58,020 bases of DNA from Alphaproteobacteria bacterium (GCA_030054135.1 JASGCN010000003.1:27758-85777); one strand, 5' to 3'; positions 20,101-29,089 are shown, counted from the stretch's first letter. The notes: generated from the sequence alone by a model not told the origin. A program made the numbers and translations.

Positions 20101-20410
20101 AACGAAGTTGTGTTTTAAGTAAACGAGTATAATCAATTCCCTTGTGGCGTGCTACATCTGGGCTTACACGAGGCTCTTCAATAGTATGTGAAATATATTC
20201 AATGCTAAATCTATCATTAGTATCTTTAATTGGAAAAAATTCTTTAAAAAGTTCTCCCACATATGTATCCAAAAACAACGCGTACGATTTTTTTTGTATA
20301 TCTACAGCAATGTCAAATTTAGAAATTGCATCAGGGTTAATATGCCCAAATATTTTTTGATTTTTTATGGAAGGAGATTTGTTTTTTTGCATAGTAAATC
20401 TGTATACCAT
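17183..20410 (-). CDS. rpoB: DNA-directed RNA polymerase subunit beta (short, 1075 aa)
   Basis: Conserved beta-subunit blocks, e.g. GDKLANRYGNKGIVSKI and the C-terminal GGQRMGEMEVWAL. Confidence 0.97.
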   Translation of the reverse strand: MVYRFTMQKNKSPSIKNQKIFGHINPDAISKFDIAVDIQKKSYALFLDTYVGELFKEFFPIKDTNDRFSIEYISHTIEEPRVSPDVARHKGIDYTRLLKTQLRLVNNILGTKQSEEIIFAELPAITDQSTFIINGVEKVVVAQLVKATGIRFVQDQKTKGPINFGFEIRTVKGRGTWVNSEGDAQGRIFIRFNQGAKKIPITSLLRGLGKYSKEQVLALFDHDKDALLYIQKTLAADPSDTLEEVFVSLYKTLRSGESILPQRAKEFIEAKFSPSYYDISEVGRINFNKRIGITDKKRTERHLTPDDLVLIIKEIVRLSKTPNAEPDNTDSLALKRVRTVGELFHEHIRIGFLRMRKTTQDRMITVDPMLLKAPTSVINLRILKTTIQSFFNTNQLVQQLRQQNILDEIEHHRTVTTLGVGGVMRDHASSEVRDLHYTHYGKICPLNTPEGASTGLVVHFALTARLNQYGIIEAPYKKVLDGKITNSIEYLTADQEEECYIAPATAEINSDGTFIEKRVFARKGPDYERVSAQKIDYVDVSASQLFSIATSLIPFSSHNVPVRVQYGTNMQRQATTCLVTEPPLVATGFEGLAGNISKRLLYAEEEGIVEYVDAKKIKIKGKETKEYTLNVFSTNNSSTFSLHQRPVVSIGDKVQKGTLLADIASTVDGQLSLGNNIRVGFMSFKGYNFEDSILISQKLIDQDIFTSLEVTEEICDVRDTKLGPEMITSDIPNVSEYRLRNLDSEGIVLLGSQVHAGDVLCGKISPRGETILTPEERLLQSIFGEKAKDVKDSSLTLPAGRRGRVMSVEVRTREDGYVLDTGVIKQVRILIAEIRHIQTGDKLANRYGNKGIVSKILPAEDMPHTADGVPLDMVLSPLSVAGRLNLGQIFELHLGLAAHTLGYQAVVPPFSNLDTKDIAQELKKAGFSETGCVDIYDGQTGEKYDRPIAMGYMYIMKLHHMVEDKFQARSTGPYSLVSQQPLGGRSRRGGQRMGEMEVWALLGHGAAYTLREMLTYKSDDVLGRSKAYSAIIKKMPITQVHTPAAFNVLLYYLRGLGLNVGLIENREQIFETKKI

Positions 20411-20501
20411 GCGACAACAAGAGACAGATGGAACGCTGCCCGCATATCACCTACCATATCAAAAATTATACCTCTACGCAAGCCCCATATCATTAAAGAC
20501 C

Positions 20502-21893
20502 TTATTTTTTTTCTTCAACTTTTTCGTTCTTTGTTGTTTCAATATTATTCGTGTTGCTTATAACGATTTTTATCTTTGATCTAGAACTTGGTACTGAAGA
20601 AAGCCAAGGTGGGAAAATTGAGATTTTTTTAACTGAAACAACTTGTGTATGGCGTTCTTTCACTAATTTTTCAATTTCTTCTCTATTTTTACCAGAAATA
20701 TCACTTACAAATAACAATGTATCAACGCTCCAAAGTAATGTGGCCGACCCAGAAACCCCAATAGAGAGTTTTTCCGCAGTTTCAATGTCTTGACCAGGTT
20801 TTGCAACAATACTTAGTTTTTGATTCAAGAATGATCGTGCTTGTACATCAGATCCAGTAACATATTCTTCACTAAGCGCCGAAGCCACATCCGCGATTGA
20901 AAAACTGATCCCTCGTATAGTTCCCTTTTCTTTTATATTTATTTTTCTTTCTCCTTGCTCATCAGGGAGGGAAACAAAAGTGATAGCTCCCCCATTGTCA
21001 ACACTCATGCGATCATTTTGTTGTGAATTTAAAGAATTTTTAACAATTTTATCTTGTAAGGCAATTTTGATTTCTTCGCGAAGAGATTTTCTTGCTTCAC
21101 TGTCTTGCGCTTTTGTCACAATATATTTTTTACCAACAAAACCACCAGTCAGTGGAGTTTTTGAAATTCCATATACATATTCAGCTTGTTCTGAACCAGC
21201 GAGTCCTGGAAGTGTGTACTTATCCCCTGTGGTTGTTGTATTAAAATTTTGTCCAGGTTCATCAGCAACTACTTCAATATCTTTTGCCCCTGGTGTTAAT
21301 TGTCCGGTACCAGTGGCAGCAGGTATGCTAAAAGCTTTTGTTGCTCGATATAAACGACCATCAGAAGATTTAAATCTTGTTCTTGCAACGAGATCAACTT
21401 TTTGTTTTTTAGGATTTGCATTATATACAGTAAAAATTCCTGTTGATTTTGAAATAGTTGGTTCCTCATGTGTTGCTTCTATAACTGTTTCTTTTGTTTC
21501 TTCAAATGGGCCAGTTATGCGAAAAGAAAGGTCTCCAGTTTTGTCTGGCTCTCTTGTTGCTGAAAATGTTTTACTGATATTTGAAAGTTCTGAAGTTCTA
21601 AGTTCTAATTCAACTGTTGCTTTAGAAAATGTGGTTGAGAGTAATACAACAACAATAAGAATGATTATAAGTGCAAAAAATATATATTTTTTAAAAGAAA
21701 AACCACTTTTGATAGACATGGAATCACGAGACATCATTCTTTCATTCTGCATCGCAGAAAAAGTATCACCTCCCTCTTCATATTCATTTTGCATATTCAG
21801 TTTTTGAGCTCGCATTGGTTGGGGGGTTACTGGACGCATACCACGAAGACTTGATCTCTCTATTCGTTGTATTTGTTTGTCTTCTTCTTGCAT
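20502..21893 (-). CDS. Hypothetical single-pass membrane protein (disordered N-terminal tail, large beta-rich ectodomain)
   Basis: Long ORF with ordinary amino-acid composition; one TM helix (IFFALIIILIVVVLLSTTF). The track start is a GTG at 21911; the first ATG is at 21893. No recognisable motif. Confidence 0.6.
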   Translation of the reverse strand: MQEEDKQIQRIERSSLRGMRPVTPQPMRAQKLNMQNEYEEGGDTFSAMQNERMMSRDSMSIKSGFSFKKYIFFALIIILIVVVLLSTTFSKATVELELRTSELSNISKTFSATREPDKTGDLSFRITGPFEETKETVIEATHEEPTISKSTGIFTVYNANPKKQKVDLVARTRFKSSDGRLYRATKAFSIPAATGTGQLTPGAKDIEVVADEPGQNFNTTTTGDKYTLPGLAGSEQAEYVYGISKTPLTGGFVGKKYIVTKAQDSEARKSLREEIKIALQDKIVKNSLNSQQNDRMSVDNGGAITFVSLPDEQGERKINIKEKGTIRGISFSIADVASALSEEYVTGSDVQARSFLNQKLSIVAKPGQDIETAEKLSIGVSGSATLLWSVDTLLFVSDISGKNREEIEKLVKERHTQVVSVKKISIFPPWLSSVPSSRSKIKIVISNTNNIETTKNEKVEEKK

Positions 21894-21951
21894 ATCTACA
21901 TAATAACACACTATAAAGATAAATAAAGCGTTGACAGTTTTATTTTTTGTA

Positions 21952-23844
21952 TTATTGTAAAACCGCCTTTACCCTGCGTATTCCTTGTGAAGATGCTTCT
22001 TGTTTGGTAATAACAAATGTTGGTATTGCCCCATTCTTAGTTTTAACTTCATTGCAATTGTTAATATGTGGCCCACCACATAATTCTCTTGAATATACTG
22101 TACCGTCATTGCCAACCAATTCATACACAGTAACCTCGTCAGGATATTTTTCCCAAAAACTTCCTTCGACAGAAAGATCTAATGCTTTTTGTTTACTCAT
22201 GGTAAGGATATGAGTTTGAAATCCTTTTTGCAAAGCATTGTTTACATAATTCTCAACTGCGCGCACTTGTTCATCTGTAAGTTTTTCTTTAAAGGTAAAG
22301 TCGAAACGAATACGCTCATGAGTGATGTTGCAGCCAGCTTGGTGAATCTCTTCACTTACTTCAGAACGGAGGCCAGCGAGAAGTAAATGTGTTACCGTGT
22401 GAAGTGCAGTTGTTTCAGCGCTAGTGTCTGCGAGACCCCCCTTAAACATTCCTTGTGAAGCAGTTCGGGAAGAAAGACTGTGTTGTTCTTTCATATTTAA
22501 AATTATTTTTTTATCGAGCGCAACTCCGTCTAGTTCAGCAAGTTCAAAAATAACTTCTAACGGAAACCCATATGTTTGATATAAGTCAAAAGCATTTTCA
22601 TTGGTCATACCTCCCACTTGATATTGTTTATATTTTTTTAACCCTTCAGAAAGAGTTCGTGTAAAATTTTTTTCTTCATCGGCAATGACGCGTACTATAT
22701 GTTCTTTTTGTTTTTTTAGTGTGTCGTACGAATCAGCATATTGCTGTATAAAAATATCTGCAATTTTTACCAAACATTCACCTTCAGTCTGCATTGCGTT
22801 TGCTGCTACCATACTTCTTCTTAGTAATCGTCGAACAAAATATTGCTGAGCGCTTTTTCCAGGTAATACACCATCCCCAATAAGAAAGACAGCTGCCCTG
22901 ACATGATCAAGAATGATTCGCATGTATGTAGTATGGGTTTTATAGGTAATGTGTGAGGGGACATTTTCAAGAATTATTTTTTTTGCTTCTGCAAAAGTAG
23001 AAGTAGAAAATATGTCAGCTGTATTCTCTACAGCACAAACCAATCGTTCCAACCCACCTCCAAAATCAACATTGCGTTGAGGTAATGCGGCAATACCGTC
23101 ATTTGTTTTTACATACTCCATAAATACACTATTTCCAATTTCCAAAAATCTTCCGCAGTCGCAATTCGGATGACATTTTTGATTTTTAAAATCAGAGCGT
23201 TCGTGTACTTGGTGTGCATTTACTGGATCAAAATCATAAAACATTTCAGTATCCGCTCCACCTGGCTCTCCTACTGGCATGTGTGCGGGTTCCCCTGATC
23301 TACTCCACCAATTTTTCTTATCCTCATAAAAAAAAATCTTAACCCCTTCTTTCATTCCATCTTGTTCTGGATTTTTTGAAGACAACGCTTGTAATTTTAC
23401 TTTTGAAAACAAATCACACCAACGTTTTTCAGATACAGTGTCAGTTGGTATATTAAAATTAGTGTTTCCACTGTAGCAGCTCACATATATTCGTGTAGGA
23501 TCTAACTTTATTTTATTTATTAAAAAATCCCACACGTGATCAATTTGTTCTTCTTTAAAATAATCTCCCAATGACCAATTTCCCAACATTTCAAAAAAAG
23601 TAGTGTGCCGATTGTCCCCAACTTCTTCGATGTCCTGCGAACGAAATGATTTTTGTGAATTTGCAATTCTTTTGCCTAACGGGTGTTTTTCTCCCAATAA
23701 ATACGGAATCATTGATTGCATACCACTTCCTGTAAAAAGAGTTGTTGGATCGTTAAGTGGGACAAGAGATGAAGAAGGAACGATGTGGTGTCCATTTTTT
23801 TTCATCACATCAAAAAAAGCAGAGCGAATGGTGTCTATCGTCAT
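21952..23844 (-). CDS. alaS: Alanine--tRNA ligase, short form (630 aa, no C-Ala domain)
   Basis: Class II core (FTGSGMQ, HTTFFEMLGNWS) and editing-domain zinc motifs (HTVTHLL ... CGGPH). It ends just after the editing core. Confidence 0.9.
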   Translation of the reverse strand: MTIDTIRSAFFDVMKKNGHHIVPSSSLVPLNDPTTLFTGSGMQSMIPYLLGEKHPLGKRIANSQKSFRSQDIEEVGDNRHTTFFEMLGNWSLGDYFKEEQIDHVWDFLINKIKLDPTRIYVSCYSGNTNFNIPTDTVSEKRWCDLFSKVKLQALSSKNPEQDGMKEGVKIFFYEDKKNWWSRSGEPAHMPVGEPGGADTEMFYDFDPVNAHQVHERSDFKNQKCHPNCDCGRFLEIGNSVFMEYVKTNDGIAALPQRNVDFGGGLERLVCAVENTADIFSTSTFAEAKKIILENVPSHITYKTHTTYMRIILDHVRAAVFLIGDGVLPGKSAQQYFVRRLLRRSMVAANAMQTEGECLVKIADIFIQQYADSYDTLKKQKEHIVRVIADEEKNFTRTLSEGLKKYKQYQVGGMTNENAFDLYQTYGFPLEVIFELAELDGVALDKKIILNMKEQHSLSSRTASQGMFKGGLADTSAETTALHTVTHLLLAGLRSEVSEEIHQAGCNITHERIRFDFTFKEKLTDEQVRAVENYVNNALQKGFQTHILTMSKQKALDLSVEGSFWEKYPDEVTVYELVGNDGTVYSRELCGGPHINNCNEVKTKNGAIPTFVITKQEASSQGIRRVKAVLQ

Positions 23845-23850
23845 ACTAGA

Positions 23851-23856
23851 ATTATA
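23851..23856 (-). promoter_or_regulatory. Putative -10 hexamer (TATAAT) for alaS
   Basis: Reverse complement of 23851-23856 is TATAAT; 6 nt to the ATG at 23844; no SD. Confidence 0.4.
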
Positions 23857-23885
23857 TACATAAACTCATTTCTTTGCTACAAAAA

Positions 23886-24689
23886 TTATTTTTTTGAAAG
23901 AAAATCTTTAAATGCTTTTCCAGAAGATTCTCTATATGTGCATAGTTCACACTGTTTTTTTACAGGAACTTTTTTTCTGAGTGAATAATCCCATACTTCG
24001 TCATCTTTTATTCCTATCGGAGGAACTTCATCAGAAAGAAGGAGTTTTTTTATTTTCATAAGGGTTTGGTCTATCCAGTCAGTCGAGCCATTATACGGAA
24101 TAATTGTTGTATTAAAATGAAGTGTATCGTGAAATGATTCTTGATTTTTATCAGCATTGGTATAAACAAAGTATGCAGTCTGAGAAACGGAAAACCCATT
24201 TTTTAAAAAAAGCCATTGGTATATTTCTGCTTGGCGTTTGTACCCATCTTGCCACAATGCATTTAATGTTGGCACCCCCTCTTTGCTTGTTGCTTTATAA
24301 TCAACAATGTAAATTGATTCTCCATTTGTCCACAGATCATCTACACCCCCATATACAATAAAATTAGTATTAGGATCTGTGTAACGAATTCCTTTAAATG
24401 GATCTCTCCATACATCTAAATCTTTATGTTGGTATGGAATAAGAGTCAAACCATGTGCGATAACCAATGGGTGTGCTTTTTTGACTGAACGATACATGTC
24501 AAATTCTTTTTTCAATAACGAATCTACCGCGTTATTAAGTGTAAATGGAAATGAAGAAGGAGTTTTTACTCCTAATCGGGCATCAAGAAAAAAACACCTT
24601 TGACACTGTTCAAATAATTCAATTTTAGATCTACTTAATTCAAAATCTTCTCCCTCTTGAAATATTCTTTTTTTTTTCGCAAATGCCAT
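23886..24689 (-). CDS. PD-(D/E)XK nuclease, RecB/Cas4-like, with two CxxC pairs
   Basis: 267-aa ORF with GGVDDLW (D), IVDYKATSK (D-x-K), QAEIYQWLF (QxxxY), an N-terminal CQRC and a C-terminal CELC. Confidence 0.7.
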   Translation of the reverse strand: MAFAKKKRIFQEGEDFELSRSKIELFEQCQRCFFLDARLGVKTPSSFPFTLNNAVDSLLKKEFDMYRSVKKAHPLVIAHGLTLIPYQHKDLDVWRDPFKGIRYTDPNTNFIVYGGVDDLWTNGESIYIVDYKATSKEGVPTLNALWQDGYKRQAEIYQWLFLKNGFSVSQTAYFVYTNADKNQESFHDTLHFNTTIIPYNGSTDWIDQTLMKIKKLLLSDEVPPIGIKDDEVWDYSLRKKVPVKKQCELCTYRESSGKAFKDFLSKK

Positions 24690-24694
24690 ATATT

Positions 24695-24700
24695 ATTATA
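24695..24700 (-). promoter_or_regulatory. Putative -10 hexamer (TATAAT) for the Cas4-like nuclease gene
   Basis: Reverse complement of 24695-24700 is TATAAT; 5 nt to the ATG at 24689; overlaps the stop codon of the upstream gene. Confidence 0.4.
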
Positions 24701-25505
24701 CTGCACAAAGTGTTTTGGCTTCAGAAATAAGTACATCCATATTTTTAATACCCTGCATACGCAAAAAATCCTCTTTTTCTATAAATTGGCTACAGGTCGT
24801 TATATGCTCATTAAAACATATTGACGCTTCTGATTTTTTCAAAGAAGGTAAACATGTCACAGGGTGAGCACCTACTGATTCAATGAGAGTTCGCAAATTA
24901 TTTTCAGCTGGGTACCCCCACCCTACCATTTCAAGTCCTGCACATTGTGCATATTGAATAGCTTGTGTTGTAAATTTTGTATTAGTAATCAACATGCCAC
25001 GAGTCACACCGTTATGGGATGTGAGTAAATCATCCATACGAGATTTTACATACAATGCAATTTTAACATCAGTTCTTCCTGCAATGTCGTTGTGAAATTT
25101 TAATTCCATCGCAATTGTTTCATCCTCTTTTTTTGCTAACACATCCACTTCATGCGCAACGCAGTGTCCCAACAAATGAACCCCCACACTTACTTCGTAG
25201 TTTTTTAATCTAAAAAGTTCTCCAACATATTCTTCAAAGGGAAACCCCGATGGGCCCATATTAAAAAGCGCTCGTTTTAATGAATATCGCATCGCCACCC
25301 GTTTATCATACTCTTCTAACAAATTGAATGCTTTTTTGTATATATGGTCTGTAGTTTCGCCATTATTAATGTGTGATAATACTTCACTCACTACAATTCG
25401 TGCTGTACTAACATCCCCCCCAGCGCGTATCAATGATCGTTCTAAAATGGAAGGTTCAAAAATTGCTTTTGTCCCATCTCGCCTAACAACTGTAGGAATA
25501 TCCAT
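24696..25505 (-). CDS. ATP-cone domain fused to an Mrr-like (PD-(D/E)XK) restriction-endonuclease-fold domain
   Basis: N-terminal VVRRDGTKAIFEPSILERSLIRAG..(~85 aa) matches the ATP-cone pattern. It is followed by FEEYVGELFRLKNYEV...HEVDVLAKK...AMELKF (D...ExK). The track start is a GTG (25520); the ATG at 25505 is preferred. Confidence 0.7.
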   Translation of the reverse strand: MDIPTVVRRDGTKAIFEPSILERSLIRAGGDVSTARIVVSEVLSHINNGETTDHIYKKAFNLLEEYDKRVAMRYSLKRALFNMGPSGFPFEEYVGELFRLKNYEVSVGVHLLGHCVAHEVDVLAKKEDETIAMELKFHNDIAGRTDVKIALYVKSRMDDLLTSHNGVTRGMLITNTKFTTQAIQYAQCAGLEMVGWGYPAENNLRTLIESVGAHPVTCLPSLKKSEASICFNEHITTCSQFIEKEDFLRMQGIKNMDVLISEAKTLCAV

Positions 25506-25512
25506 ACCAATA

Positions 25513-26601
25513 CTATACACCCTTTGAAAAATGAATATTTTTTTTCACCACTCCTCCCCCAACACATGTACCATCTTTGGTATACCACACTACCGATTGC
25601 CCCTCTGCAATAATAATTTTTTCTTTGGTAATTATTCTATCTTCTTTAAATATAATTTTTATTTTTTCCTCTCCATGACGAAAACGAGCGAGATACTCCC
25701 CGTTTGTTTTTAATACATGAGGAGCGAGTATGCAGATATCCTTAATAAATATTTCTGTTGCTTCATTTGTGTTTGTTATTGTATCCCCCACCCATAGTGT
25801 ATTGGTTACTATATCTTTTTTTAACACAAACCAATGTTTCCCGTTATTTTTATTAATAACAAAACCATGCCGTTGCCCTAGTGTGTATATTTGTACACCA
25901 TTATGTTCTCCAACAACATCATTAGTGTCTATGTGCCTCACTTCACCCTTTAATAAAGGTATATAGTGTTTTAGAAAATTTTCAATAGAAACATCACCCA
26001 AAAAACAAACCCCTGTGCTGTCTTTTTTGCTGCCAGCGCTCAATCCGGCTTTTTTTGCAATAGAGCGGACAATATCTTTTTTGTATCCCCCAATTGGAAA
26101 CAAAACTTTAGATAATATAGATTGTGGTACTTTGTATAAAAAATAAGTTTGATCTTTTTTTATATCCACCGCTTCCTGCAAAAATCCTTCTTTACTAATT
26201 CGTGCGTAATGACCTGTTGCTATATGGCTCATATCAGGAAATTTTTGCAGAAGCATTTCTAACGCAAACCCAAATTTTATTTTTGAATTACACAAAATGT
26301 CTGGGTTGGGAGTTTCTCCTTTTTGATACATTGCAATGCAACTATCAATAACCATACGCGTATATGCTTCCGTTGCATCTATTTCAATAAATGGTACACC
26401 TAGTTGCGCACACGCACGCATTGCGTCAATTCTTTCTTCTGATGTTGTGCACGGTAAAAATGACGGTGCCCATACTGAAAAGAAACAGCCGACCACATCA
26501 TACCCTTTTTGTAATAATAGCCACGCAGAGACGGTAGAATCCACTCCTCCGCTCATCGCGACAATTACTTTTTTAGTTTTTGCGAGTACGATTGTCGACA
26601 T
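25513..26601 (-). CDS. mnmA: tRNA-specific 2-thiouridylase MnmA
   Basis: PP-loop AMSGGVDSTVSA, catalytic Cys context, typical 362-aa length. Confidence 0.9.
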   Translation of the reverse strand: MSTIVLAKTKKVIVAMSGGVDSTVSAWLLLQKGYDVVGCFFSVWAPSFLPCTTSEERIDAMRACAQLGVPFIEIDATEAYTRMVIDSCIAMYQKGETPNPDILCNSKIKFGFALEMLLQKFPDMSHIATGHYARISKEGFLQEAVDIKKDQTYFLYKVPQSILSKVLFPIGGYKKDIVRSIAKKAGLSAGSKKDSTGVCFLGDVSIENFLKHYIPLLKGEVRHIDTNDVVGEHNGVQIYTLGQRHGFVINKNNGKHWFVLKKDIVTNTLWVGDTITNTNEATEIFIKDICILAPHVLKTNGEYLARFRHGEEKIKIIFKEDRIITKEKIIIAEGQSVVWYTKDGTCVGGGVVKKNIHFSKGV

Positions 26602-27541
26602 ATTGTGATCTCTTTATAGCATGTTCTTGCAGTGTTTTGCTAAAATATGTATGTTTTCCGTCTCCAACAAAATATACATATTCACTTTCAATTGGGCGAA
26701 GAGAAGCTAGTATTGAATCTACATTTGGATTCCCACATGGTGCGGGAGGTAGACCTTTATTTTTATATGTGTTATACGGATCATCACTAGAAAGATCTTT
26801 TTGTGAAAGTGAATACGTGTGTTTCCCTTCAAAGCAAACATCAACCTGCAAAGGAATTCCTTGTTTTAATCGATTGTATATAACTCCTGCTATTTTTCTT
26901 TTATCAACAAATGAAGCTCCTTCTCTGTCTACAATTGAAGCAATGGTTACAATTTCATCTAATGTATATCTATTTAAATATGTCGGTTTGTTGAGTAAAT
27001 TTTTTGTTCGAATACTAAACGTTTCCCGCATAAGTGAAATTAATATATCTGGTTTTATCATTTCATCTTCATTAAAAAAATATGTGTCAGGGTATAGATA
27101 CCCTTGATATTTTCTAGCAAGTGTTAAAAACGCATTAGCATCGAAATTTGGATATTTTTCTTTAACAATTTTTGCAATTTCTGTATTAGTTGATCCGTCT
27201 TTAATAGTAATGCGTAATACTTTTGCATGACGATCTCCACTCGCAATGTCTTTGGCCATCATAAATACACTTTGTCGTTCTGGAAAATGGTATGACCCCG
27301 CCATTACTTTTCCACCCCATATTTTAATACTTATTTCAAAAAGAATAGGTGATTCTATAAAACGATCTTTTGCAAGGCGGTTAGAAATAGCTCGCACGGT
27401 TTCCCCGTTTGAAATTACAAAAACATTTTGTCTGGTTTGATACATCCTTGGGGGAAGGAAAAAAACTGACAATAAAAACACGAATGCCATTACTGTGCAT
27501 AAATAATATTTCCACGCATGTGTTCCTAAGAAAACAAACAT
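26573..27541 (-). CDS. mltG: Endolytic murein transglycosylase MltG (YceG-like)
   Basis: N-terminal TM helix, ASIVDREG..., VIYNRLKQGIPLQVD, NTYKNKGLPPAPCGNP. Confidence 0.85.
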   Translation of the reverse strand: MFVFLGTHAWKYYLCTVMAFVFLLSVFFLPPRMYQTRQNVFVISNGETVRAISNRLAKDRFIESPILFEISIKIWGGKVMAGSYHFPERQSVFMMAKDIASGDRHAKVLRITIKDGSTNTEIAKIVKEKYPNFDANAFLTLARKYQGYLYPDTYFFNEDEMIKPDILISLMRETFSIRTKNLLNKPTYLNRYTLDEIVTIASIVDREGASFVDKRKIAGVIYNRLKQGIPLQVDVCFEGKHTYSLSQKDLSSDDPYNTYKNKGLPPAPCGNPNVDSILASLRPIESEYVYFVGDGKHTYFSKTLQEHAIKRSQYVDNRTRKN

Positions 27542-27544
27542 AAT

Positions 27545-29065
27545 TTAGTGAGGTAAATTGAGTGGAGGCTCTGCTGTTTTTGCTTCAACACTGGGCGCAT
27601 TTGCTGGGGTTGTGACTGCGTTGGCAAAATGAAACAAAGTTGCCAACATTTCAGAAGACATGCGAATCATCACTCGCGGTAGTTCTGGTTTGTTGTTATA
27701 ATTTATAGCTGTACTGGCAAGAAAATCGTATATATATTTTTCAAACCCACCAACTGGCTCTTTGACCCATCCGGCAATTTCAGATTGATGGCGGAGAAGT
27801 GATGGATACAAAAAATACATTCTATCTCGTCCAATATTTAAGAGTATTTCTTTTTCTTTTTCAATCGCCTCTGCATCGTCTCCTTTGTTGAAAGGATATG
27901 TTTCTAGCAATCTTCCATCTGGAATAATGGAATTAAAGGGAGAGACGACTCCTTTAAAGAAACTTTTTTTAGCAAATGACCCAACATACACATCTCTAAA
28001 TTCCTCTTTTGGCGCCATATACATAAAACGAATACCAACATGAAAAATTGGCTGTTTTTCTAATCTTTTTTGATGATCCAAAAATTGTCCTATATCTTTA
28101 CCGGTGCCTCCTTTTTCTTTATTTTTTTCAGCATCTTTCGTTTCAGAAGTTAAAGCTCGTTTAAATGCATCTTTATACTTTTCTTTTTTCCACGCAAATG
28201 ATGAAAAAATATTTTTTTTATACTTATACATACTTTCTTTTACAGCGTATCCAAAAACTAGCTTTGTTGAGTCACTTTTTGGAAAAATAAATCTTGGATT
28301 ACCTTCTTTAACAAAAACAAAATGTATCCACGCATGTTCTCCACCTCGAAGGGAATTAAAAAATTCAAACAATGACGCCACTGGATCCGTAGTGCTCCTA
28401 TCTTTTATATTATCTAATTTTGCGTCAATATATGTGTGCAGCGGGTAGGCATCATTGTTGTCTGTCCTGTATTCACAACTAAACATTCTCCACATTTCTT
28501 TGTCATACGCAGAGCTGTACACATAATCATTTACCTCTTCTGTGACAGTTGCATCTGGAAAATAAGCGTACAAAGATGTAAGAATATTTTGTTTTACTGA
28601 TTCATCTATTCGTATGAACATACGAATGACCCCCCCTTTTGATTCCATTTCTAAAGAAGCCATATCCGGAAGCATAAATCTACCATTCTCTCCGTTTTCA
28701 AATGTTTCTAAAAAAAGTTGCATCGCACGAAATGGGTTTTTATGTTGCTTGGAAATTTTAATTTCTAAAAGAACATATTTTTTGTCCAGATATTCCTTTA
28801 GCGCAATGTGATGAGCGGACAAAATTTTATAATAACGGTTATACCAAAAATAAAGAGCGATAACACCCCCTACTATAAGAGCGTTTCGAATTCCTAATAT
28901 TGTAATAAGTTTAGGTGGTGACGCTTGAAAAAAATCAGTGGTATAGTAAAAAGTAATGCTGACATAAAAAAAAGATAAAAATACTGCCACACATAATAAC
29001 ACTACCCCTAAGTACCAAAATGGTCTATAAAATTCTTTATCATTAAAAATAGAGTACACAAACAT
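27545..29065 (-). CDS. Hypothetical protein with two N-terminal TM helices and a ~400-aa soluble domain
   Basis: 506-aa ORF with coding-like composition; no catalytic or nucleotide-binding motif found (KGGTGKD is not a Walker A). Confidence 0.6.
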   Translation of the reverse strand: MFVYSIFNDKEFYRPFWYLGVVLLCVAVFLSFFYVSITFYYTTDFFQASPPKLITILGIRNALIVGGVIALYFWYNRYYKILSAHHIALKEYLDKKYVLLEIKISKQHKNPFRAMQLFLETFENGENGRFMLPDMASLEMESKGGVIRMFIRIDESVKQNILTSLYAYFPDATVTEEVNDYVYSSAYDKEMWRMFSCEYRTDNNDAYPLHTYIDAKLDNIKDRSTTDPVASLFEFFNSLRGGEHAWIHFVFVKEGNPRFIFPKSDSTKLVFGYAVKESMYKYKKNIFSSFAWKKEKYKDAFKRALTSETKDAEKNKEKGGTGKDIGQFLDHQKRLEKQPIFHVGIRFMYMAPKEEFRDVYVGSFAKKSFFKGVVSPFNSIIPDGRLLETYPFNKGDDAEAIEKEKEILLNIGRDRMYFLYPSLLRHQSEIAGWVKEPVGGFEKYIYDFLASTAINYNNKPELPRVMIRMSSEMLATLFHFANAVTTPANAPSVEAKTAEPPLNLPH

Positions 29066-29071
29066 ATTACT

Positions 29072-29080
29072 ATAATAACA
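29072..29080 (-). promoter_or_regulatory. Putative extended -10 element (TGtTATTAT) for the 27545-29065 gene
   Basis: Reverse complement of 29072-29080 reads TGTTATTAT; 6 nt to the ATG at 29065; lies in the 24-nt spacer after the upstream stop. Confidence 0.45.
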
Positions 29081-29089
29081 TAGAATATA

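Noticed and set aside
20980-21807. 275-aa plus-strand ORF, unusually long for an AT-rich genome
   Set aside because: It is entirely antisense to the 20502-21893 gene. Its Ser/Cys/Phe/Val-rich sequence looks like mirror-frame noise, while the minus-strand protein has normal composition, a TM helix and a sensible start. It reflects a lack of TTA/CTA/TCA codons in the sense gene.
21931-21956. Perfect TTGACA on the plus strand followed by TATTAT, a possible antisense promoter into alaS
   Set aside because: The spacer is only 13-14 nt. There is no plus-strand gene downstream, and the only ORF there (21947-22213) is antisense noise.
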